A stretch of 63,821 nucleotides of DNA, filler included, from Blastocystis sp. subtype 4 (taxonomy: Eukaryota), in assembly GCF_000743755.1 (NCBI RefSeq). It is 3 parts of 3 records of this genome, joined end to end, with 100 filler letters (N's around TTAATTAATTAA, not from the genome) between each part and the next. Parts side by side here need not be neighbours in the genome. Positions count along the whole stretch, not along the records: positions 1 to 30,073 come from NW_014569384.1; positions 30,174 to 54,361 come from NW_014569383.1; 1 more part is not named here. One strand, given 5' to 3'. Under the pieces are notes generated by a model. That model made no database searches. It was not told the DNA's origin and saw nothing but the letters and a program-made list of their open reading frames with translations. Position 1 is the stretch's first letter; every line of letters begins with the position of its first letter. Positions 25,785 to 37,129 of the stretch are shown here, in pieces. Both the position numbers and the translations under genes were made by a program.

Positions 25785-27025
25785 ATGATGATTTCTCCTA
25801 TCCGCTTTGTTGCTCGGAATATCCCTTTTGTGATTACTCGGTCATTCGCAAATGTATTTCTAGGAAATGAACTTCAGCGGAACCTTCGTCAGTTGTATTT
25901 ACTTGTTCACCCTGATGTAATGTCAGCATTTCCTGAGAGTGTGAAAGAGGCTAATAAGAATTCGTTGCAAGTGAGATGTCTGTTGATCTTCTTCTATAGG
26001 TGTTAAACCGTTTTCTTGAGGATGTAAAACCATTCTGTGATAACGTTTCTGGTACTCTAGTAACTCCATATATCCAATTATATGTTGTTTGTGTATTTCT
26101 TAACTGGAACTAGAAACGAACGTATACAAGATGAAGTTTGTTGCTAAATCGAAAGAATATCCAGACGATGTCAAAAAGGCTAGAGTTGTACGTTTCGATA
26201 TCTACATCCCTCCGAGTCTCACCAAGTTACATCTGATTTTGTTTGCTACATATAGAAATACGATGGTAGGACCTATTTTAAGGAAGCGTTGGACTGAGTT
26301 TGTGAGCAGTAAGCTGATGGTACTTTTGAACAGAAGCGGAGTATTTCTTGTGATAGTTCTTCACCTAGATTATTAGTGATGAGGAGATGAAGCGGATGGA
26401 AAAGGCTCCAGTAGCTGCTGTGTGGGATGGTCGCATTGAATCACTTCTTGCTGTAGGTATATTGGGAATGAATCTTATTTAGGGAAATCGAAGAATGTTA
26501 GATCAGGTTCAGAAGATGGTTGTGAAGGAGTTTATGTATCATAGTGTTCTGATGACTAGGATGGACCAGTATCCTCTCGGAAGCATGACAAGTAACGAGG
26601 ATGAAAGAAACAGATACATTATATCACAATACAAAGAGCGTTTGGATTATATGGTAAATCACAGTCAAGTGAATATTGGCTTAAGAATTCACAGATAGAT
26701 TGTTGCAGATGGCTTGCAACCAAACCAGGAAGAATATGGAATGAAACGATTATTGGTAGAGATGTGTGATTCTGTTGTTATATAGAATTCATTACTATTC
26801 TCTGCAACAGAGTATCATCTCGAATCACCGCTTTGGAAATACATTATTATCCATCTTCATGACGGCGATTATGAAGGATTGACTCGAAAAGGAGAAGATC
26901 AACACTTTCATCTTTCTGTTCCCTATATGTATGATGAGAAGGAGCTGATCCCGTTCTTGAATAGGAACCTCTCCCAACTCAAACAGATTTATGATTCTAA
27001 AGACTTTGTAAAGAAGATTTCATAG
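25785..27025 (+). CDS. TCAIM/DUF4460-like mitochondrial protein with J-domain-like HPD motif
   Basis: Presequence-like MISPIRFVARNIPFVITRSFA; LRQLYLLVHPDVMSAFPESVKEANKNSLQVLN. Confidence 0.72.
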
Positions 27026-27159
27026 TTTCCCAACTTTAAACAGTTCTGTTTGTTTACACTTTTTCGGCATGGCGCAATTCAACCTATTATTCCTAAGAGT
27101 TTCAATCCATTGATATCCAATTGTGTCACTGATCTTGCAGCTAGTATCTTATACTAACA

Positions 27160-28430
27160 ATGGAATTACGTACGTAATAACGATCAAGTATTATTCTTGT
27201 GTAGAACCAAGTCACATCCGTATTAGGATAAAACTACTCGAAGGAAGGAATTTTGCAGCTACAGATGACAAGAGTCCATCTCATCTTCATTGTGTCTTCC
27301 AAATGGGTGATACCTCTATGAAGTCTGTTGATAGTACTGAAAGTATAACGAATCCTCGTATATGATTACCTACTACTGGTTACAGATAGAATGGAACCAG
27401 GAACTGCTATTTGAAGGTTCATTATCTGATATTACTGTTGAAGTGTATAGTGCTCTGTATTTACTTGATTATTAGTTTTTCTGTTGTTGAAACTCAAGAC
27501 ATGTTGTTGGGTTCAACAATTCTTCTCAGTGATGATTTTTCTGAATCAGAAGTGGATAGTTGGTGTACAATTACAGATTCAACCAACATGGTTGTTGGTC
27601 AGCTTCATCTGTTGGTTACTCTCGTTGGTGATGAAGCTGGGAGTTGCAGTGATTGTAGTGATTCACCTCCCATAGTGGCAGCGCCAGATCCACCAGTATT
27701 GCCTAGCATTCCTGAGTTTACTCAGGCTGCAGTTTCTTCGGAGTTCACATCTATAGAAGACCTTGATGGGGAGAAGCCTCCTATGAAGCCAGCTCCTCCA
27801 GCTCCTTCGCTATCGAGTATGCCTGCTCCACCTGTTCCTCCTGTATTTACTGACGAGGAATCCATCTTTCCAGATCCAATTCCAGTGGTAGAACCTCCTC
27901 AGCCAATGGAACCATCTGTTCCTCTCCCACCATCATCTTTATCTCTTCTCTCTTCACCATCTCCATCTCCTCATTCTTCACCAGAGTTACAACCTACAAA
28001 GAGAGCTCCTCCTCTTCCTTCTGCTCCGAAACCTTCATTGACTGTTGATCAACCCACTAGAGCAGCCCCTATTCCTCCAAAGAAACCTACTCTGCCTGAG
28101 AAACCTCGGTATCCAGCCAAACCACTGGAACCTCCTACAAAGAATCATTCGTTATTGGATCCTCTTCCTCCATATCCTGGGAAGGCACCCCATACCAAAG
28201 AACATCAACCTCCAGTGAAGCCTCCTAAACCCTCTCTCCCTGCCAAACCTGTGAAGCCACTCCCACAGTTACCTCCAAAGACCCCAAAGGTTCCTCCCAA
28301 ATTACCTGAAAGACATCGAAAACCACTTCCTCCTATCCCTGGAAAGGCAGAGCCTAAAGAGATCACTTCAACAGAAATCAACTCTTTGCCTCCTGGTATT
28401 GTACCTTGTGATACACAAGAACAGGAATGA
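27160..28430 (+). CDS. C2-domain protein with proline-rich (PxxP) tail
   Basis: IRIKLLEGRNFAATD..NP.WNQE..LLGS..W..VGQLHL; long Pro-rich C-terminus. Confidence 0.75.
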
Positions 28431-28603
28431 TGAAGACTTCTCCAAGAATCCTTGTTGTTTTCTAGTCTTCAGTTTGTTTGTTGAATCAGAAGTGTCTTGT
28501 TAACCAAATGAAGTCAGAGTTTGTTAGTAAAGAAACAATCCAACTAAACACAAGTAGAATACTTCAGCAGCAGGGACATGTTGACGGGGCTTCCAGATGT
28601 TTC

Positions 28604-28674
28604 CTTCATTCCATGAATTCAGCACTAACCCCCTAAGGTTTACGGATTAGCACATCATGGGCAACAGAACAAAG
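28604..28674 (-). promoter_or_regulatory. Eukaryotic type II SECIS element in 3' UTR
   Basis: Helix I CUUUGUUCUGU/AUGGAAUGAAG (11 bp), core AUGAU (28658-28654)..UGAA (28621-28618), helix II GUGCUAAUCC/GGGUUAGUGC (10 bp), AAA 12 nt after the core, apical mini-stem CC-UUA-GG. Confidence 0.88.
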
Positions 28675-28806
28675 AATCCATCCAGTCGCAATCTGCTTCC
28701 CTGTCCGAAAACAAACCCAGCAAAGAAGATCATATGGCATGACTCATATTCCTTTCTCCCGACCATCAACGAGCTACTGCTTCCATACTCCACTTTCACC
28801 AACCCT

Positions 28807-29593
28807 CTACTTCCTTCCACGCAGGTCGTTCCACTGATCCTTGATTGCCTTGCACTTACTCATAACATTAGCATTCCACAGAGCAGCAATCATAAGAAGA
28901 GTGAATCCGAGATATGTCATTCCTACGGTCATGTACAGACCCAAAGGAGACATGCAATGGAAGGTTTCGTCGTGACACTTCTGTCTGTATTCACTAGAAG
29001 AGGGAGATTCCCAAATATCCAGATCTTGAAGAACGTGACGGAAGGGGTCAGCATTGATTAGAATAGCAGCCACAAACATCAGCACAAAAGGACCCCACTT
29101 TGTCCACCAAGGAGTAGAAGCAGGCATCTTTCTGCGATGCTCGTAGATGTAGATCGATAATCCAAGCATCATAATAAACGTCATGCCAAAGGAGAGGTAA
29201 TGGCCAAGCGCACGCAAAGAAGCAGTGAGAGTACCACCAATCAATGCAATGAGCAAGGCCGGCCAACATCAAGCACCAATCAGGGCAGGAATACTGAGCA
29301 GCAACGACAGAATAGAAACAATCAATGAGTTTCTCTCGTCCTTTGCCATCTTGGGCTTCTACATCATCACTTTCACTTCCACAATTCACTACCTTAGGAG
29401 GAGCCTGTGATCAGTTTCCGTTTGCACAACCTCCACTTGCTGCAGCTGGAGCAGCAGTAGTTGCTGGAGAAGCCGGAGTCGACTTCTTCAACAAAGGAGA
29501 CTGCACTTGGAACTTGTTTCCTGCACTGGGAGACGTTGGCTTGAGTAACGGCGATTTCACCTGGAACGGTGATCCAACCTTAACTGTAGCCAT
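28807..29593 (-). CDS. Membrane selenoprotein (MSP-like), 250 aa with two Sec
   Basis: Exon 1 29593-29393, intron 29392-29359, exon 2 29358-28807; in-frame TGA at 29413-29411 (GGCANGN-U) and 29271-29269 (IPALIGA-U-CWP); several TM helices; SECIS downstream. Confidence 0.82.
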
Positions 29594-30073
29594 TTTCCTT
29601 TTGATCAAGAAAAGTCTGGACGCAACAATGAACGCCACAATCAACAATATTATTGGATGAACCAATTATACACCAATCATTTCTTAGGGTGAATATCTAT
29701 TTTCGATAAACAGGATATTAGTAACTAAACGACACTAAGAGAAATGCTATTCTCATTCAGGATGATACCTCCAATTGTTTTGGTGAAGTGATTCAGACTT
29801 CATTCTCTATCGAATGTCATTACATTGTTATGTCAACGAAGTGTAACAACTCACTATGTTTCGAGGTTACTTTTCCACATTTCCATATGGATGAGTCTTG
29901 TTTCGATTATTCACAACTCATAATAGTCATTTTACGATTGGACACCTGCATCCGCTAGAATATTTCAAAACTGTATCAATTTGGATTGGTATTTGAAACC
30001 GGGGTATTGGTTTTCGTCGCATCTTACGATCTAATAATTGTTTGTTTCATAGGAGTATATTAGTGGTTTAATT

Positions 30074-30173
30074 NNNNNNNNNNNNNNNNNNNNNNNNNNN
30101 NNNNNNNNNNNNNNNNNTTAATTAATTAANNNNNNNNNNNNNNNNNNNNNNNNNNNNNNNNNNNNNNNNNNNN
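30074..30173. other. Assembly gap linker N44-TTAATTAATTAA-N44
   Basis: Exactly 100 nt, six-frame stop spacer, identical to the second gap. Confidence 0.97.
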
Positions 30174-30232
30174 TGACTTAGCTTCCTAGATCAGACGGGT
30201 TAGGGCGCTTTCCACTAGATATGACCGTTCTT
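30174..30232 (-). rRNA. 5S rRNA, 5' half, truncated by the gap
   Basis: Minus strand ACGGTCATATCTAGTGGAAAGCGCCCTAACCCGTCTGATCTAGGAAGCTAAG follows the eukaryotic 5S pattern including box A (AGCTAAG). Confidence 0.9.
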
Positions 30233-30359
30233 GTTTTTATTTCTTTCACTAACCCTTTTCAATAACACATTCATATCCTCACATCATCAATCCAACATAA
30301 TCACTAAACATCTTTTCTACTACACTCATTCTCAAATTCATGGTACAAACAAACAACAA

Positions 30360-33300
30360 TAATGCTTCTTGGAATGCTTCTTCTTTGACTTCTTACTTTC
30401 CTTCTCATCAACTCTCACTTCCACTTTATCCCTTTTTCTGCTAGAAGGAATACTAATGATTCCACTTCCTCCTTTCTACCAATGACAATCTTCTTTCTCT
30501 CTTACACTTAAAGCCTTCGACCAATCTTTATCGTTTCCTCCAATCTTGTATTCATTCATTTCCTCTTCTTCCATTCGTAATACCTTGCTTTCCATCTTCT
30601 TCTTGATTTCCTCTCCTGCATTCATTAAGTCCTATTGATGAGTCTGTATCCATTCTAATACATCATTCAGACTCTCATTCACAGGTTGCAATTTGGCTGT
30701 CATTATCTCCTCGTACTTTTTAGTTGCTCGTTCTGAATCTGTACTATTCTTGTTCATTACTTCCTACGATTATTAGTGTATCCAGACATTACCTCCAAAT
30801 ACTTCTGAATCTTGCGAATAGAACGATTAAATAAAGCAAGAACTTGGTTACTTTCAACCCGCGGGAATTCTCGCATCAATTCATCGATTGTCTTATGTTG
30901 TAGTCCCTGTCCAATCAAAATCGTTTCTTGTAAGGCAGAAAGGGACAGATCACCAAGACGACGAGAGAAGTACAATCTAGCTAACTGTGGAACCATGTCC
31001 ATAATCATATGATAATCAACGAGATTGTGTGCATAAGATGCGAGACGAGACAGATCATCTGAAGTCATGAAGAATTGAAGCTCTGAAGGAGAGAGCGGTA
31101 CAGTCAGGAGTGATCTATGGTTAAGTGGACCTATCAAATATACTTGGCATCCTCATTAGCACAGTTGATAACTAACGATCGATTCAACAGACGAAGTGCT
31201 AATCGAGCAGGGAATTTTGCGAACTGGAATGATAGGAGGGCCATGAATCGATGTTGGAAATCAGCAACAAAGGAAGAAAGCCAACCAGGATTAGGAGCAT
31301 TCTCAAGATTCTCTGTATCAAGTGGCTGAAGATAAATGCATGCTCACAGACATACCTTAATAAGCACACAACTATGCTCACCCGTCAACTCATTCTCGGT
31401 CTGTCTCAAATAGACTGGTGAGTATCCTTCCTTCTCATAGAAATTGAATAACGATTCTGTGAGACCAAAACTAACTCCAATCCACTACACATCAGCCCAA
31501 ATTCCATTTTAAACATGAAGACGATCCATCTTCTTATCAGCTAAGCTTACTAAGAGAGGAGGAAGATGCTTTCGAGGTTTTGCTTCAATATTCAACCCTT
31601 CAACCTCTTCTTCAGGTTCAATGACTTCTTCTTCTTCACCCGACCATTGTATATGACCTTGGAAGTAATCATGAAGAAGCTGGAGGGTGCGTCGTCCGTA
31701 TCCCATTCCTTGGACATCAGGATGGGTTGCAATACGAACAATGCGAGCACCACTCAATTGAGAAAAATCACTATCAAGGAATTGCTGAGAAACAATCCAA
31801 GGAATCATATCTCCTGCAGATCGTACTCCCTTACTAAGTTCACGCTTCACAGTGTCTTTCCCAATACATCCTTCTAAACAAACCTGTGCCACACAATAAA
31901 CATCAGGAAGTGGCTGGTCCTCTTTCATTGGACCCAAAAGAACAAACAACATATGAGCAGGAGCATCACTTAACAACTGGAGATCATCAGGACTGTTCTT
32001 GTAGTGACTAGACACATAAAGTGACCAGACACGTTGCAAGAAGGCCTCACTGAGTTTGTGATAACTGAACAAGGAGTCACGATTCACAACAAAGAGTTCG
32101 CACTTATCAGGATGAGGTGTTCCAGACATCAATCGATAGGGAGTGGAGGCACAATCTAAGCACAAGAACGAATAGAGCCATTTTTCCACAGGATCACCTG
32201 AGGCATATCGAATGGGTTCCTTCATCTCAATCTCTCGGAGCAGTTTTCCAGCTAGTTCTCAGTCATTCCTTTCATAAGCTACCTCCAGCATCCTTCTTTC
32301 GTAATTCGTTCAAAAGCTTTAAGGACAAAGAACGGCCTGTTCCTTCATATCCCGTAATAGTAGAAGAGAGAATCACAATATACGGACCCAGCAATTGTTG
32401 TGTCAGAGGAAGCGGAATAGCAGCAGCCTCATCAATAATGAGGAGTTCAGCTTGAGATAACTTTACCGACTCCGAAGGAGCTATATATTGAATTGTCTGT
32501 CGATGCGTCTTAAAAACATTGATCCGAAGAATGATATGACTGTGATCTGCAACAGGAGAGTATATTACTTCATAGTCTGAATGGTCCTATCATTCAGATC
32601 TCTCTTCATTGTTACCATATATTTGAGGGCCTTCAAACCCTTTATGCAGAATTCAAAGGCAGTCTGCAGATTCTCAGGTGACGGAGCTGTTACGAAGATC
32701 GAGGAATAACCAAAACCAATAGCTCCAGCCATAGTAAGACCCAAAGATGCTGATTTACCCTACAATTTATTGAAGTGATTCATTTCGACTCGACCACGGG
32801 ATGCTGTCAATGAAACAGTCGTCTGAAGGGTTTTTTGAGTAATGATATCTAACATGGAATACACAGCAGTTGCCTGATCCACTGTTTTGCATTCCCGTGT
32901 CAAATTCCTCAAAACCTGGGAATTAGCAATTGCAGGCGATTTGGGAGACTCATTCTTTGTCTTCTCATCTAACTGGTTATTCACAGACTGAAGATAAGTA
33001 GCCAAAGCCTTTTGAGAAGGAGTTTCTTCAGCATCTTCATCTGTGATAGAGGCTTGAACAGGTTCAATACTCAGTATCTTCTTATTGATAGGAAGAATGT
33101 TTAATTCATCCTATATTTGCAAACAGTTAAGAGAGCCTACGTCTAAAACCATACATGTCTGACAGTTGCTTAGAGAGAGAATGAAACGCTCATTAAACCG
33201 AGGTACAATATCATTATGAGACTCTGTTCGGTATTTGGCATGACAATCCTAGGAATAATGGAAATGATGGATTTGTACCATCACCATCGAATAGAATTGC

Positions 33301-33836
33301 TTCAAACTCGTCATATTCTTGAGAAGAATTGTGATGATACCGCCTCCTTCAACAGTCTCGATTGTACGACATAGAAGATTGGCAGTAATGGACTCGAAAT
33401 CCTGAAGAACCAACATTCCATATGTTTGACCAAGAATGCTTTTGGATTCCTTGTAATAGCACCAGCGAATCTCAGTACTCGAAACGAACAGATCAAATGG
33501 ATTTTCGCCATCTTTATCGTACAAACCACGACTAATCAGCTTTTTGATCTCTCGCATTCGTTTCTTCTTATGACTACAATAACAAACCATAAGCAAGGAA
33601 TACGTGCTAAAACCGAGATCTTTCTTGTAACACCACAATACAGAAGGACGAGTTCGAACTCTACTCTTCGACAACATGTAGTGGAGATTGGGAATCTATG
33701 ATTCACTTCAACTTTGAAACAGGAATACTTGATCTTTGCCATTGTCTCCAATAATAATCATTAGCGTTCGCTGATTCAACTTCACACCATTCTCAATGAG
33801 TGTTCGAATACGGCTATCGATCTTCTTCTGGACCAT
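30360..33836 (-). CDS. NAT10: RNA cytidine acetyltransferase NAT10/Kre33; stop probably completed by poly(A)
   Basis: MVQKKIDSRIRTLIENGV, RPSVLWCYKKDLGF, LTASRGRGKS, SHYKNSPDDLQLLSDAP, RIVRIATHPDVQGMGYG. Confidence 0.96.
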
Positions 33837-34246
33837 TCGCTAAAACGACAGTAAGACACTTTGGCAATCCAATAAGACAAAAAATGGATTCATCTCCATG
33901 CAATTTATGTTTTCCACAGCATACATACCTTGAAAACGGATTGATAGCTTGTTTAGGACTAGAGCAAAGAATTAGGAAATGGATGGAAATTTGGTCAAGC
34001 ATCTAAAATAGGGTCGATTATTGTTGCCTAGTTTGTAAACACCATAAATCGTTTATCCGATTCATTGGAATGATTTACTTAACTTCCTCGTACATTTATC
34101 AGTCTTTCCTCCGTGGTGGAAAGCAGTAAGTGTGGGAAATGCTTTTGAAGTTCTAGGTCCGCTACTGTCTATCAAAAGTACGCTGAGCGTGTCATCGCTC
34201 CTGGAGGCTTCGGTGACTGCGATGAATAGTGATAATGGAGTGTTTG

Positions 34247-36058
34247 TTAGGAAGAAACATAATAGACTAAATGATCAGATTGGGGTGCTTCGCTGCAAAA
34301 GGAGCCAATGGCTGTTACTAACGACTGCAAATCAGTAGGCAGATCATTTTCCTTTATCAACTCCAAATATGCCTGTTTAAATGACTTATCAACACTGGGA
34401 GTCGATTTGAGAATTGATAGGATTAACCCCAATCCGATTCTCCATAAGGTGTTTGGCTTGGATCCAGCAACGGATGAATATGAAACGGAGTGAAGACAGG
34501 CAACAATTCTTTGAAGGCAACTTTCATAAGATGCAAGATGGTGGTGAGCAAGAATGAAGTGATAGAACTTCATAAAAGGAAGAGACAGAATTCCAAAGTT
34601 CTTATCAATCAGTTCTTTCCATTTTGTATCGGCTTCTTGTAGGATCCTTTCCATTTGATCCGAACCCTCACACAACTGGTGGAGAATCTCCACAGTTAAC
34701 ACTATTGTTTCCGTCGTAATACGCCAACTACCATCATGTTCATGAACTGTTAGGAGCGATTGGGATAAATGATCCAATGAAACAGATTGAATGGATTCAC
34801 TCATGGAATGACTCAACAGACACAGTAATGTGATAGTGAGAGTATTGACCTGTTGTAACTGCAGTCTCAGAACCACGTCATTGCGATGAGTATCGATAAG
34901 TCGGACAGGATAAAAGTCAAGTAGTAATCGAATCCACTCACTTCGAGTCTTCCCTACTTTCCCTTGAAGGAGTATGAAAACACTAGCAGTAAGTTCTTGT
35001 AGCTGAAGAAGACGAGAGAGATCCTTTTCGGTTATACTTGCACTCTTCAAGGATTTGCGATTGGTCATGTCCTGAAGATGCCGACTGAGCGAGGAGACAG
35101 TTTCTTCGTGAGGTAAGATCTCCAACATAGAAGAACGAAGAAAGCAAAGGAGAGAGAGAAGAGTCGTGTTCATTGACTCATCGACTTCCTCTGAAAGAGT
35201 CTCTGTGGAGTGAAGAAATAGAGATGGAGGATAGATACTGGTAGTTAGGGGAATTACGAGATGCTGATCTTTGGATAAAATCTGTTGGTCACTGGTAGAA
35301 GAATCCTGATAACCACTCCATGAATCAATGTTTCTGTAAACACTGCTTTGACTGAAACAAGTATCAAAGAATAGCTGGATTGTATCCAGAGCGAGATCAG
35401 ACATTGAACGTTGCTGATTCAAGTTTGTCTTCATCTGGACCCGATTACTGGCCAAGACGCCCTGAGTAGGGGCAGCAACTATTTTCACTTCTGATGTCAG
35501 TTTCACAAGACTGGAGAGTAACTTTGCATGATCTTTGAATAAATCCGGTTCAATCTTCAGCAATGACTGCAGCAATAATAGAGCCGATTTCCGAATAGAC
35601 GGGTTGATGGATGTCATTCCATTGTTCACGAATACACAGATCATTCCCGAAAATGGGAGAAGTGCAGATTTTGGAACTCTCGGGAGTAAGGACTCAAATA
35701 CATTCACAACGGCTTGTCGAACAGAGACATCGGAATCCAAAATGAGAGGAATGGTTTTAGAAATAAGGACACTCACAGAAGTAGAGAAAAGAACATCATT
35801 TTGCATAAACAATTCCTTCAAACCCAAAACAGCTTCTCTTCGCGTGTTTGCGTTGAAGTGAGTGAATTGACTAACCAAATCACTAAGAGATTTATTTCGC
35901 GAATTCACTACATCGTTTCCTTCTCGAAGAATGGATTGTTCTTGAATACGAACCCGTTTGGACTTGAAGTTGACATTGGTGGCTTTTGGATCCACTTTTT
36001 TCTTGCCAACTCGTTGCTTGACCTTTTTAAAATCTGGTTCGTCTTTCTTCTTCGGCAT
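34247..36058 (-). CDS. TEX10: Pre-rRNA processing protein TEX10/Ipi1
   Basis: DFKKVKQRVGKKK..TNVNFKSKRVRIQEQ..HFNANTRREAVLGLKEL..LILDSDVSVR; 3' end unresolved, may extend towards ~33870. Confidence 0.85.
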   Translation of the reverse strand: MPKKKDEPDFKKVKQRVGKKKVDPKATNVNFKSKRVRIQEQSILREGNDVVNSRNKSLSDLVSQFTHFNANTRREAVLGLKELFMQNDVLFSTSVSVLISKTIPLILDSDVSVRQAVVNVFESLLPRVPKSALLPFSGMICVFVNNGMTSINPSIRKSALLLLQSLLKIEPDLFKDHAKLLSSLVKLTSEVKIVAAPTQGVLASNRVQMKTNLNQQRSMSDLALDTIQLFFDTCFSQSSVYRNIDSWSGYQDSSTSDQQILSKDQHLVIPLTTSIYPPSLFLHSTETLSEEVDESMNTTLLSLLCFLRSSMLEILPHEETVSSLSRHLQDMTNRKSLKSASITEKDLSRLLQLQELTASVFILLQGKVGKTRSEWIRLLLDFYPVRLIDTHRNDVVLRLQLQQVNTLTITLLCLLSHSMSESIQSVSLDHLSQSLLTVHEHDGSWRITTETIVLTVEILHQLCEGSDQMERILQEADTKWKELIDKNFGILSLPFMKFYHFILAHHHLASYESCLQRIVACLHSVSYSSVAGSKPNTLWRIGLGLILSILKSTPSVDKSFKQAYLELIKENDLPTDLQSLVTAIGSFCSEAPQSDHLVYYVSS

Positions 36059-36098
36059 CCAGTGTGTACGATAAGAAATGTGAGTTTCAACAAACAAT

Positions 36099-37032
36099 TC
36101 ATTTTATGTTCCGAGAATTTTGAGGGAGTGTATTGTAGTAATCGCAAACCCAAGGAGGCATATCCACAATCTGGTCTTCATCGAGTGGAGACCCTGCAGA
36201 ACCCTCAAAGAAATCGACTTTGAAGTATTTCTTGAACATTTGAAGATAGCACTGCCTATATCATCAATTCTCAACTCTATCTTTACGTGTAGTCATCTAA
36301 AGACACTTGAGGCTTAAACGATTGTACGCTGCACATCTTCATTCCCTTCAACCCACAGGGGATGATACAATCAAAGAGCGAGAGGTCATTGGACACATTC
36401 ACCGCAATTCCATGCATAGTGATCCATCGTGCCACATGAATCCCAATAGAGGCAATCTTATCTCCATTCACATACACTCCAGTTTTGCCAGGAATTCTCT
36501 CACCCTTGATGTCGAATTCATTCAACGAATCTATAATTGTCTGCTCAAGCTATGTAGTTACGGATGTCGTACACTTTTACTAAGCGCAAGTAGGCATGCA
36601 AGTCCTTGACATAGTAATTGAGGTTTAAAATGGGGTAGGCAACCAGCTGGCCAGGAGCATGGTGCGTAACCTTGAATGGAAACTACTAAATGAATTATCT
36701 ACTTCGCCTCCACGCTCGATACGAAACAGCTTGTGCTTGTTATCTTGCTGGTCAAATAGAATATTTGACTCATCTCCACCTCGCCCTAGAGTATATCTAA
36801 GCAATAATAAAAGATAAAAGAAACAACACTGGAGGATGTTGCACAAGAATGAGTTCGTCACAACGATTTGATCGAAAACGTTTCTTTTGAACCGACTTCT
36901 GCCAGTTCCACACAGTTTCATAGTCAACTATACCAAGACGATGCAAACGGACTGGTCTTGGGATCCCGTTGCGATTCTAAGACATCACTGAGCTGATTGC
37001 GTTCATACAACGAGCTTGAGCAGAGTGCTCAT
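36099..37032 (-). CDS. LIPT2: Octanoyltransferase LipB/LIPT2
   Basis: [50 protein letters not shown]. Confidence 0.92.
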
Positions 37033-37129
37033 TTGGAATCTGTGTGAATATGATCAATTTGTATACAAATCTCTAGTATTGTGTCAATGGGAGGAGCACA
37101 AAAATCGGTAGGCACATAGAATAACCGTG

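Noticed and set aside
28560..28612. Second SECIS starting at ATGAAG (minus)
   Set aside because: That ATGAAG forms helix I of the real SECIS, and its own helix II pairs poorly
29269..29413. TGA reassigned genome-wide, or the gene being a pseudogene
   Set aside because: TGA is an ordinary stop in other genes here (13255, 17879, 28428) and Trp uses TGG; both interruptions are TGA near Cys with a SECIS downstream
29700..30050. Possible small plus-strand gene ending TAA-TAAT-TGTTTGTT
   Set aside because: Could not build a consistent start or exon chain, and no recognisable product
30074..30173. Palindromic TTAATTAATTAA flanked by Ns (also 54362-54461)
   Set aside because: Identical 100-nt construct at both gaps with stops in all six frames; an artificial scaffolding linker
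34230..34260. TTCCTAAC..AC as a U12 AT-AC intron end in TEX10
   Set aside because: No ATATCCT/GTATCCT donor upstream; the TEX10 3' end remains unresolved
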